Of a stretch of 64,000 nt of DNA, positions 56,152 to 64,000 are shown piece by piece; positions within the stretch are counted from its first letter, which is position 1; every line of letters begins with the position of its first letter. The stretch covers positions 30,009-94,008 of the IMG/VR virus record IMGVR_UViG_3300009151_000044; one strand, given 5' to 3'. The translations under genes and the position numbers were made by a program. A model generated the notes under the pieces. It made no database searches and was not told where the DNA came from. It worked only from the letters and a program-made list of their open reading frames with translations. The DNA comes from a virus.

Positions 56152-56550
56152 TTAATAATGCGGACGCATAAAATCTTCTGGGCTATGTGTTGATCCGTGC
56201 CCAGGAGTGCTGTGTTCACCAGAATAAAAATCATTTGGTTTTTCGTCGGTACTGGCAAGAATTGCCTTAGTATCAACTCTGCGGATAACAAAGTCATTGC
56301 CGTCTTCGCCTCTAACTGTAATCCCGCGAGTCCAACGACCGTGTTCGATTAGGATCCATTCTCCTACTTGTACGTCCTGTTGCTTTGGTCCAATGGCCCA
56401 AACTTTACCCCAGCGTGGTTTAATACCTTCGCTTTTGCCGTCATCACTGCGAATAATAATACCACTTGAAGTTTTTTGTTCTTCAAAATTCATATCTGTA
56501 ATTAAGACATTATCTCGAATTGGGATAAGTTTTCCTTCTACTACATTCAT
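56152..56550 (-). CDS. groES: GroES-like co-chaperonin
   Basis: PIRDNVLI, KTSSGIII mobile loop, GKVWAIGP, VQVGEWIL. Confidence 0.8.
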   Translation of the reverse strand: MNVVEGKLIPIRDNVLITDMNFEEQKTSSGIIIRSDDGKSEGIKPRWGKVWAIGPKQQDVQVGEWILIEHGRWTRGITVRGEDGNDFVIRRVDTKAILASTDEKPNDFYSGEHSTPGHGSTHSPEDFMRPHY

Positions 56551-56825
56551 TCGTTACCCTCTGGATCTTGTTGGGCTACATTTTTAGCAACTGGGTCACG
56601 TGATACTTGCCTATCGGCTACAGCGCCGGCACCTGTCGGCACTGCAATAGTGTCCTCAACCTTGCGGATAATTTTTCCACCAGGCCCTAGTTCGTCACCG
56701 CGAGCATTGACTTTTACATTGCCCACTGCTACTGTCATTTCATTCTGCATAACCAATTTAGTCATGTCGATTTCTTTACCTTGCATTGTGCGGTAAACTG
56801 ATCGTTGTTGTTCTTTCATTGCCAT
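56547..56825 (-). CDS. Hypothetical protein
   Basis: AVGNVKVNARGDELGPGG; GGAG RBS. Confidence 0.6.
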   Translation of the reverse strand: MAMKEQQRSVYRTMQGKEIDMTKLVMQNEMTVAVGNVKVNARGDELGPGGKIIRKVEDTIAVPTGAGAVADRQVSRDPVAKNVAQQDPEGNE

Positions 56826-56852
56826 TTTAATCTCCTTGGATTATACTATTAC

Positions 56853-57362
56853 TTATCTCAGGAATTCCTGCCAGTCTAAATTATATTTGACTGAATCTAT
56901 TTCATGTACACCTAGCAAAAACAGCACAAAACTGGCTACGCTAGACCCACGTCCTACACCCCAAACTACGTTATTTTCGCTACAAACATCTACAAAGTGC
57001 TTGATCCATTGTAGCAAGGGGATCATACCACGTTCTTTGTACGCAATAATTTCTGCCGCAACTCGTGCTCGTTCGGCATCAGTAGTACACCTAGTTAGAC
57101 AATGTGATTCTACGTCAAATTTTAAGTATTCTTTTGGCATAAACCAATCACTTTGAAGTGCTTGGTCAAAATCATCGATTGAAATTTGATCTAATTGTTC
57201 ATTGAACCGATTAAACGTAAATCCAGCGGTACGTTCTAACTGCTCAATATCATCAGTATAATCTACCGTAACTTTTTTTAGATTGGTTAGCTTGCCCTGA
57301 TAGAGGACCTTGAATATGTCTTGTGAATTAAAGATAGGATTACCAAATTGATCTAGGCGCAT
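56853..57362 (-). CDS. Stand-alone fragment of DNA polymerase III alpha (DnaE) palm region
   Basis: ERARVAAEI..WGVGRGSSVASFVLFLLGVHEIDSVKYNL..EFLR; stops before the catalytic PDIDxD. Confidence 0.75.
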   Translation of the reverse strand: MRLDQFGNPIFNSQDIFKVLYQGKLTNLKKVTVDYTDDIEQLERTAGFTFNRFNEQLDQISIDDFDQALQSDWFMPKEYLKFDVESHCLTRCTTDAERARVAAEIIAYKERGMIPLLQWIKHFVDVCSENNVVWGVGRGSSVASFVLFLLGVHEIDSVKYNLDWQEFLR

Positions 57363-57372
57363 AGCCTATAGT

Positions 57373-57603
57373 TTAACTTACATTTATCAATTTGTCAAGA
57401 TCTTTATTACGAGAATTCATCATTTTTTCGTATTCTCGCAGTCTGCGGTTCGCCATTTCGGCCTTATAAGTATCCAGCATCATAGCAACTTGTTGTTGTA
57501 GCTCAAAATTGTATGTGCTGAAATACTTACGAGTTAGATCGTTAATTTTAGATTCAATTTCCGAATCCTTAAATTGACTAAGGTCGCCTGCTAGTGGATG
57601 CAT
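57373..57603 (-). CDS. Hypothetical protein
   Basis: 76-aa helical ORF. Confidence 0.55.
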   Translation of the reverse strand: MHPLAGDLSQFKDSEIESKINDLTRKYFSTYNFELQQQVAMMLDTYKAEMANRRLREYEKMMNSRNKDLDKLINVS

Positions 57604-57606
57604 AGG

Positions 57607-59466
57607 TTAAGCAAATACTGCGCCGTTATTGCCAATACAGAACCATTTGGCATTAATGTATTGTAACGTACAAGCAGTACCAACTCCGGTAAATGCTACA
57701 GTACCGGCTCCGCCCCAAGCTGGGCTAGTTACAGTTATAGTCATAGTGTTGTTACCAGCATCGAGCATGAACGATTTGACCTGACCATCTCTCCCATCGG
57801 CTAATGTAGCTGTTTTAGGTGAGCTATTGGCGGTAAAGTATGATACTGATTTGGCTCGATCAACAACATGTGTTGACACTAACAATTCGCTTCCGGTATA
57901 GTAATACGTGCCGACACTAATTGGATATGCCGCACCAATCAATGAAGTGTCAATACTTACTTGAGTAGCGTAAAGAAATAATATCTTTGGGGTATCAGTA
58001 GTTACTCTTAGTTCAACATACGCACCGGCTGTTCCGGCTGTTCCGTTGATTGTTACACCTTGTGTATATGCTGTAATTGATGACGGAACAACGGTATCAG
58101 CAGTAGTTGAAAAACGTAATGGAGCATTAGCATTCGATGAATGGCTAATATCAAAGTGATATTTTTTGCCCACTGAAAATTCTAAATCAAACTCGTCTCC
58201 TGCATCTGTTCTTAACGCTATGCCGTTTAAGAAAAATACATCTTGATTGCCAGCACCGTTGTCATCGACTGTAACTACGTAAGTAACTAAATCTACATTG
58301 TTAGACCAAGTTTGCGTTCCTGCGTCATATCTTAGCGCATCACCATTGGCCGGCGACACAATATTAACGTCAGTAACATCATTAAGATTGTTGTTAGCAT
58401 TAATCCAATTAGCCCCGTCGTATTTTAAAATTTGATTAGCAACTAATCCAGTAGCAGTATCAACGTTAGAAATATCATTAATGTTAGCAATAGTTATGCT
58501 AGTAGTTGATAGTGAAGTATTACCCTCAACTGTAAGATTTCCTTTAATTACAACTTCGTTTGTAGTTGTGGTACCTAATATAACATTACCACCTACGTTT
58601 AATCGTTTAGCAACGCCTACTCCACCGGCAATTATTACAGCACCAGTTGTTTTAGAAGTTGACTCAGTAGTACCAGCTACTCCTAATTCCAATCCAATGC
58701 GAGCACTTTTAGCGATACCAACGCCACCGCTTATTTTAACTGCTCCAGTAGATGGTGAAGTTGATTCAGTTGTTCCGGTTGCGTTTAAAATGCCGCCAAC
58801 AGTTACATTACCAAACGAAGTAATTAATTCACCTAGCGTAGTGTAGTTACCTAATACTCGCATGAATACGGTGATACCATTATATGTCCATACATCAACT
58901 ACTGTATGAACTGGATCGGTTACTCCGGGTGTATATCCGGTTAACGTAACAGTTTGATTTATCACACCATTTGCTTGATCAAATACTACACTGCCACCGC
59001 TATTTGAAAATTGTACAGTCCATGCGCTAGCCCCATTACTGACTAAATGAATGCGCATACTAGTAAATTGTGCCGGATTAGTTTTCCAATTAGCAAATGT
59101 AATTAATGAATTTTGAGATATTTTAAAAACTTGTAGGGCACCAGAGTTTTCATTAACACCGCTGAAATGTATAGTATGCTGACTACCAGTAAATGTAGTT
59201 TCGCCCGCATCCGGTACCAAGCCGTTAAAATTACTGTACAATCCGTTCTTAATAGTGCTACCTAACAAATCGTTTGTTACAGTAGCAGTTCCAGCTCCTA
59301 GCGTTGCTTTTAGTACTGCTTTTAATTGTAGATCAGACAGGTCTGACTGGGCAGTTTCTAAAGAAGCTTTTATTGCGGCAAAATTTCCACGAAATCCTTC
59401 GCTGTCGTTATCCTGGCCAGCAATCGGAAATGCTTCGTTAATTGCGCCATAATTTAAATTGCTCAT
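57607..59466 (-). CDS. Tail fibre/baseplate-associated structural protein
   Basis: FPIAGQDNDSEGFRGNF N-terminus; TGAVKISGGVGIAK repeats; LNDVTDV repeats. Confidence 0.7.
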   Translation of the reverse strand: MSNLNYGAINEAFPIAGQDNDSEGFRGNFAAIKASLETAQSDLSDLQLKAVLKATLGAGTATVTNDLLGSTIKNGLYSNFNGLVPDAGETTFTGSQHTIHFSGVNENSGALQVFKISQNSLITFANWKTNPAQFTSMRIHLVSNGASAWTVQFSNSGGSVVFDQANGVINQTVTLTGYTPGVTDPVHTVVDVWTYNGITVFMRVLGNYTTLGELITSFGNVTVGGILNATGTTESTSPSTGAVKISGGVGIAKSARIGLELGVAGTTESTSKTTGAVIIAGGVGVAKRLNVGGNVILGTTTTNEVVIKGNLTVEGNTSLSTTSITIANINDISNVDTATGLVANQILKYDGANWINANNNLNDVTDVNIVSPANGDALRYDAGTQTWSNNVDLVTYVVTVDDNGAGNQDVFFLNGIALRTDAGDEFDLEFSVGKKYHFDISHSSNANAPLRFSTTADTVVPSSITAYTQGVTINGTAGTAGAYVELRVTTDTPKILFLYATQVSIDTSLIGAAYPISVGTYYYTGSELLVSTHVVDRAKSVSYFTANSSPKTATLADGRDGQVKSFMLDAGNNTMTITVTSPAWGGAGTVAFTGVGTACTLQYINAKWFCIGNNGAVFA

Positions 59467-62240
59467 ATTGTTATCCTATCGTTTCTAAATATAAGGTATT
59501 TATCCCCTATCTCTTCACCTACTGCATCAATTATATATCGATCAGAGGTGTAGTCTAATAATTTAAAATCAAAGCCACTAAACTTGATGTTTAATATTAT
59601 GTCATCTGCGGTACCTACTTTACAGTAGCAAAGTGGTACAGCTAACTGAAAATCTAATTCTTGTCGTGCGCCCGGTTGAATACTGCGCATCCATAACGGC
59701 AAGTAGTTGCGTTCTAATTCTAACGGTATCTGATTGCCTGAGTTATCTATCCTATAACTTGACTTAATACGATCTCTCCACAAGGAAATGCTACTAGGAT
59801 AATATGTACCTAAATTTGGGTTCGACACCTGATATACCGATTGATCAATACTTACTGACGTATCGGGGCGATTTGCTGGATTACCAACTTGTTCCATGCG
59901 AGCCCGTTTAGCAGCCGCCATGGGGTCGCTTAGACTATATCCAGCCGCCCAAATATCATTACTGGTATCAATGGTTATACTAGAAGAACGCAGTCCTAAG
60001 TTTTTTATAGTATCGGGCAGTACATTACCGTTTGGTTCTAATGGGTCAATCATTTGTACGTACACGACCTCGTATACTTTGTCATGAGTTCCTGGAATTA
60101 CAGCAGTAGCTTTCTTAACACTACTGAATTGAAATCTCTTGCGCTTATGGTTTAACCCCATTGCTGATACATAGGCCGCTGCCTCTGTAGTTTCAATTCC
60201 GGCAAAGATTAACATTGATAGCTCTTGTTGAATCCCAAAATTTTCATCGGTTGGTCTATAGATGCTTTCTGGAGTAAACACGCTGGCATTGTTAATAAAG
60301 CCCTTCCAACGAGATCGTTGATCTAATTTTAAGAATGGTTTAGTTTTTAAATTACCGTATATTGCGCGATTTGGAGTATCAACCGTGATTGAAAATGTTC
60401 TAGTAGTTGCGCTGTAGCCAAACTGATCTTTAGCTTCAACTGTAAACACAAATTTACGATCTATAGTAGTCTTACCGTTATCAAATGATGTAAATGTTTT
60501 TGTAGAAGTTTGTGGCGGCTGATCAAAAAATCTAGTGAGGCCCTGGTTACCAGGTTTATAAAATTGATTGGCCTTGCCAATAATTTCACCATCTTGCGTT
60601 AATCCTAGCCCCGGCGGTAGTCTTCCGTTGACTTTTGAATACAATACAGTTGCCCCAGTGATGCTAGTAGTGGCTTGTATTTTTAAAGTGGATACAAAAT
60701 TAGCATTAATTGATCCCAGATCGACCGGAGTAACCCATGACATCACGCTTTCGACTTCGCCTATCATACTGACGGTGAACACTCTTGGCGATCTTGCGTA
60801 TTCACCTTTATCTGAAAACCGTGTAGCAGTTACAGTGAATTTGTAATCTTTAGTAATCGCAGGCTGATACGGTGAAATACCATATATTTCAGCGGTAGCG
60901 ATATCAAAATTTAATCCTGGAGGTAGTTGACTTAAATCACCAATAAAGAAAGTTACCCCATCTGGCAACGCTAGCTGTAATGGTTCTACAACTGTTAACC
61001 TATATTCATTACTGCCCAATGAAGCCACATGAGATATATGATATTTTCTATAATCCGGAGTTGCTATCACTATGTCAGTTAGCGGATCAGTAATTGTAAA
61101 CAATCCACCAAATGTTAACCATTGACCTATTACTGGAGCAACAGGTGTATTTGTTACGGTAATGCTATGACCGTTAATTTTATTATCAGTATATAATTTA
61201 CTTAATGTAACTGCCGATATATCACTGTTTATTTCTTCTAATGAATAGATAACTTGGTCAGTGTCATATGTGTCTAATACTAATGTTATGTAATTGTTTG
61301 CTCTATGTAATCCAAGATTACTCTTAGTAAGCCATATCGGAGCACGTAGGTAGGTAGCATCTGCGGTAAACAAACTAGTACCATCTAATAATGAAACATT
61401 GTCTGATCTAAAATAATCGTCACCTACTACAAAGATAGCAAACTTTCTTTTTGACTTATATGAAATACTCGGAATAGTAGTGCCATTAATAGGATTAGTA
61501 GTATACGTGACAATGGTTTCCGGAGTCACATCACCGTCTGTAATACTAACTACGAATTCGTAATTTCTGTTTAGTTTCTTTGGTCTTGCCGCTGGTATAC
61601 TATAATCAAAAAATACAGTATCGTAAATATAGCTGTCGTACCCGTTTGTTGGGCGCGACCCGAAATCAAAAGCTACTGAATCATAGTACCCGTCATCATA
61701 TGTACCAGCCCCGTCTTGAGGTTTAATTGATAGCGCAGGCTCCACCCATCCTGTAATTTTACCATCGGGAGACAATGATAATCCTGGAGGTAACTGTCCG
61801 TCGTTGTCAGCAATGAAAAAACTTAATCTTTGACCTGCGGCAGTATCTCGATCAAATGCTTCAATTTGAAAATCTACATAACTCGAGTCTAACACAAAGT
61901 ATTGCAGATTATTTTGATTAACTGTTAATGATCCTGACGGGGTAATAAATTCAGGGTCATCAGGACCTTGGATAGTTATAAAAAATGTTCTGTCAGATAT
62001 CTGACCAAGTTTTTCTGCTCTAATACAAAATTCATAGATAGTATTTCTAGGAACTTCGTAAGGAGTTCCTATTATTTTTAATCCTGAGATTCTAAGACCA
62101 CCGGGAAGTTTTCCTGATATTACTCTAAAATTACTAACTCCTGCTGATAAATTAATAGGCAGCGTAAGTTCTAGAGTAGACCTTTCTTGGAATGTTCCAA
62201 AGGAGTATCCTGATAGTTCGGTCCATACTGCTAGTGCCAT
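59463..62240 (-). CDS. Large virion protein with Ig-like (LPPGL) repeats, probable baseplate component
   Basis: Four G.LPPGL..G.I.G..Y.F.V.A repeats; YLPLWMRSIQ. Confidence 0.65.
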   Translation of the reverse strand: MALAVWTELSGYSFGTFQERSTLELTLPINLSAGVSNFRVISGKLPGGLRISGLKIIGTPYEVPRNTIYEFCIRAEKLGQISDRTFFITIQGPDDPEFITPSGSLTVNQNNLQYFVLDSSYVDFQIEAFDRDTAAGQRLSFFIADNDGQLPPGLSLSPDGKITGWVEPALSIKPQDGAGTYDDGYYDSVAFDFGSRPTNGYDSYIYDTVFFDYSIPAARPKKLNRNYEFVVSITDGDVTPETIVTYTTNPINGTTIPSISYKSKRKFAIFVVGDDYFRSDNVSLLDGTSLFTADATYLRAPIWLTKSNLGLHRANNYITLVLDTYDTDQVIYSLEEINSDISAVTLSKLYTDNKINGHSITVTNTPVAPVIGQWLTFGGLFTITDPLTDIVIATPDYRKYHISHVASLGSNEYRLTVVEPLQLALPDGVTFFIGDLSQLPPGLNFDIATAEIYGISPYQPAITKDYKFTVTATRFSDKGEYARSPRVFTVSMIGEVESVMSWVTPVDLGSINANFVSTLKIQATTSITGATVLYSKVNGRLPPGLGLTQDGEIIGKANQFYKPGNQGLTRFFDQPPQTSTKTFTSFDNGKTTIDRKFVFTVEAKDQFGYSATTRTFSITVDTPNRAIYGNLKTKPFLKLDQRSRWKGFINNASVFTPESIYRPTDENFGIQQELSMLIFAGIETTEAAAYVSAMGLNHKRKRFQFSSVKKATAVIPGTHDKVYEVVYVQMIDPLEPNGNVLPDTIKNLGLRSSSITIDTSNDIWAAGYSLSDPMAAAKRARMEQVGNPANRPDTSVSIDQSVYQVSNPNLGTYYPSSISLWRDRIKSSYRIDNSGNQIPLELERNYLPLWMRSIQPGARQELDFQLAVPLCYCKVGTADDIILNIKFSGFDFKLLDYTSDRYIIDAVGEEIGDKYLIFRNDRITI

Positions 62241-62253
62241 GAATAGTCCTAAA

Positions 62254-62367
62254 TTAGTTTAACGCTACCCAACCACGCTGTGTGCGGTCAGTGCTTCCTT
62301 CAAATTCACTATTATCTAATGGAACTGCTCTTTGAGAGTTTATCCCCCTTCTTAATTGTAATGCCAT
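62254..62367 (-). pseudogene. 37-codon remnant or mini-gene of a tail-fibre type
   Basis: MALQLRRGINSQRAVPLDNSEFEGSTDRTQRGWVALN after a GGAG RBS; LQLRRG resembles the Mtd-type N-terminus. Confidence 0.45.
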
Positions 62368-62381
62368 ATTCTTCTCCTACC

Positions 62382-62897
62382 TTAAAAGGTTCCTAAATCA
62401 AAAGTACTTGCGGTTGGAGCAGTAAATGTTCCAAAATCACCAAAGTTTGCGTTTAATGCAGTTTGAATTTGAGTATTAAGCGTTCTAACATCAAAGCCCC
62501 ATACTGTTGCTTTAATATCACCACTTGCGCCCGGGCTACCTGCTCCAATGACATTATAGCCATTTAGGCTCAAACTACCACCGAGTGTAGGACTGGTATC
62601 AGTTGATACTTCTACTACTGATGCTATATCAATAGTGGTAGCGTTGGCCGTCAGTGTAATTCCCGAGCTGCCAGTTAATGTTTTAAATTTTAATTTATTA
62701 TCAACGTGATTGACAAATACTGGGGTCCCGCTACCAAGATTTTCACCACCAATACCGGTAGCAAATGTGGCATTTATTAAATCAAATGTTCCGTTAACTT
62801 TAGTAAAAGCAGTGTTTAAATCGTCACCTGTGCCGTCGTTAGGGTACTTTCCTAATTTTAGTTTTAACTCGTCTGGTATTATAAATCCGTTTGCCAT
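62382..62897 (-). CDS. Baseplate/tail protein with gp9/gp10-like N-terminus
   Basis: GKYPNDGTGDDLNTAFTKVN; DTSPTLGGSLSLNG. Confidence 0.7.
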   Translation of the reverse strand: MANGFIIPDELKLKLGKYPNDGTGDDLNTAFTKVNGTFDLINATFATGIGGENLGSGTPVFVNHVDNKLKFKTLTGSSGITLTANATTIDIASVVEVSTDTSPTLGGSLSLNGYNVIGAGSPGASGDIKATVWGFDVRTLNTQIQTALNANFGDFGTFTAPTASTFDLGTF

Positions 62898-62919
62898 GTT
62901 ATTTCCTTGCTCTATAGTA

Positions 62920-62927
62920 TATTTATC
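62920..62927 (-). promoter_or_regulatory. T4-late-like promoter element (GATAAATA)
   Basis: About 22 nt upstream of the ATG at 62897; similar elements at 18957, 38139, 40523, 46070, 51194 and 53907. Confidence 0.5.
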
Positions 62928-63774
62928 AAGGGTTACGAACCGCGCTGATTAGCCAAAAGTCACTGCTCATATTTGTATCTTGTATTACGCCATATGGCAT
63001 ATAAAAGTAACCGTTATCACCCCAACTAGTTCCCCAACTGTTACGTACAATAAAACGTCCATTGGTCTTGCCTGCTACAGGCATAGTGTCATCATAGCCC
63101 ACGATACAAACAGCATGTCCACCTAATATCTGTTCAGTGGCTGTATTAGGAAAAGGCATCATTCCAGATCCTGCTTGGCCATGAGGAATATTCGCCCAGA
63201 TACCTTCAAAACTATCATACACTGTAAATCCTATAACAACAGGGTTACCGGCGGCTACTGCGTTTTTAACTGCGGCAAAATTTGTACAGCGTTGATAGCC
63301 TGTTACTTTACGTTTAAGAGCATCTGTATATGCAGGAGCCGGTGGTTTGGTAGCAAACTTACTGGTATTGTAAGGCCATAGTGTTTCTACCGGAGCACCT
63401 TTGGTATAACATACTTTGATGCCGTCACGTATGTAAGCGCCAGCATCGTAACGCACTGATCCTTCTAATACACGCTCTTCGTAATAGATAAACAAACGGC
63501 TTACATCTAATTGTTTGCCGCCTTTACGATCGATGAGTTCAATCTGTCCGGCTATAGCGTTACCAGTACATGAGCCAATGTTCCCTTGATCTTCAATGGG
63601 ACTACAGTAATTTCTTAGATCAACTACTGGTGCTAGTGTTAGTGCTGTGTTAAGTTGATACAAATGATCTCTAGCATCCGGAGGATCCGGTAGCCAGCGA
63701 TACTTGCCCAGTAGACTAGGATTAAAAATTCCCGCTACATTGATTGTTGATAAATTTACACCCGTTGTTTTCAT
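62926..63774 (-). CDS. Papain-family (C1A) cysteine protease
   Basis: DQGNIGSCTG, GGHAVCIVGYD, RNSWG..WGDNGYF. Confidence 0.93.
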   Translation of the reverse strand: MKTTGVNLSTINVAGIFNPSLLGKYRWLPDPPDARDHLYQLNTALTLAPVVDLRNYCSPIEDQGNIGSCTGNAIAGQIELIDRKGGKQLDVSRLFIYYEERVLEGSVRYDAGAYIRDGIKVCYTKGAPVETLWPYNTSKFATKPPAPAYTDALKRKVTGYQRCTNFAAVKNAVAAGNPVVIGFTVYDSFEGIWANIPHGQAGSGMMPFPNTATEQILGGHAVCIVGYDDTMPVAGKTNGRFIVRNSWGTSWGDNGYFYMPYGVIQDTNMSSDFWLISAVRNP

Positions 63775-63784
63775 ATTCGCTCCG

Positions 63785-64000
63785 TTAAATCCAACCAGTA
63801 CTACCAGCTACTTTAGCCCAAATAGGATCAGTACCGTCTGTGTAGTTGGCAATACAATAATAAAATTCTCCGCCAATTGAGTCAATAGCTACCATACCTT
63901 TTAAATCTCCAGCCTGCCCCTCTTTAGTTGTAGGCTTGGCCTGTAATGTTAATGTAGCACCTAATACACTAGTGCCAGCACTATTTTTAATATCACCACC
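63785..64000 (-). CDS. C-terminus of a tail-fibre-like protein (5' truncated by window)
   Basis: PTTKEGQAGDLKGMVAID..FYYCIANYTDGTDPIWAKV. Confidence 0.6.
   Translation of the reverse strand, partial: GGDIKNSAGTSVLGATLTLQAKPTTKEGQAGDLKGMVAIDSIGGEFYYCIANYTDGTDPIWAKVAGSTGWI

Noticed and set aside
56853-57362. Pseudogene of a host dnaE
   Set aside because: Clean ORF with its own non-DnaE N-terminus, tight operon packing and no adjacent frameshifted remnants.
1809-63381. Numerous short antisense or alternate-frame ORFs in the track (e.g. 9660-10085, 13283-13744, 37529-37945, 58481-58846)
   Set aside because: They lie within well-supported genes and show no recognisable motifs; treated as shadow ORFs.
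1-64000. Alternative genetic code (stop-codon reassignment), seen in some large phages
   Set aside because: Conserved genes are full length under the standard code, and TAA, TAG and TGA all end genes.
1-64000. CRISPR array, tRNA genes, introns or inteins
   Set aside because: No regularly spaced repeats or cloverleaf seen in the short intergenic gaps; polymerase, ThyX, ClpA and clamp loader have normal lengths. A tRNAscan/Infernal run would be the formal check.

Overview
A gene-dense, AT-rich 64 kb segment of a large ('huge', T4-like replication/late-gene type) tailed dsDNA phage. The holin-spanin-endolysin cassette points to a Gram-negative host. The standard genetic code reads all long ORFs, and I found no tRNA, rRNA, CRISPR array or mobile element. 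Layout: (1) 1-13.1 kb, + strand: S53 protease tail, three paralogous tail-fibre genes, then a cluster of GT-A glycosyltransferase-like genes. (2) 13-36 kb, - strand: nucleotide/replication region with thyX, a 2OG-Fe(II) oxygenase, an AAA+/VWA pair, RNase H, UDP-sugar dehydrogenase, sliding clamp and family-B DNA polymerase. It also holds a 7-deazaguanine DNA-modification set (folE, atypical queE, QueD/DpdL-like T-fold protein, DpdA-like transglycosylase) interleaved with a GT-B glycosyltransferase, PRTase, HIT and cupin genes. (3) 36-46 kb: putative head-packaged proteins sharing a short N-terminal motif, including a 1120-aa protein with three different nucleotidyl-transfer folds, plus Dps. 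(4) 46-57 kb: ClpA, peptide deformylase, DnaJ, lysis cassette, PhoH, clamp loader, GroES and a non-catalytic DnaE fragment. (5) 57-64 kb: baseplate/tail genes and a papain-like protease. Non-coding highlights are near-perfect sigma70 promoters repeatedly embedded in inverted repeats, twin hairpins with matching 8-nt loops before the polymerase RBS, and a two-state leader before phoH. All calls rest on motif recognition by eye; no database searches were run.
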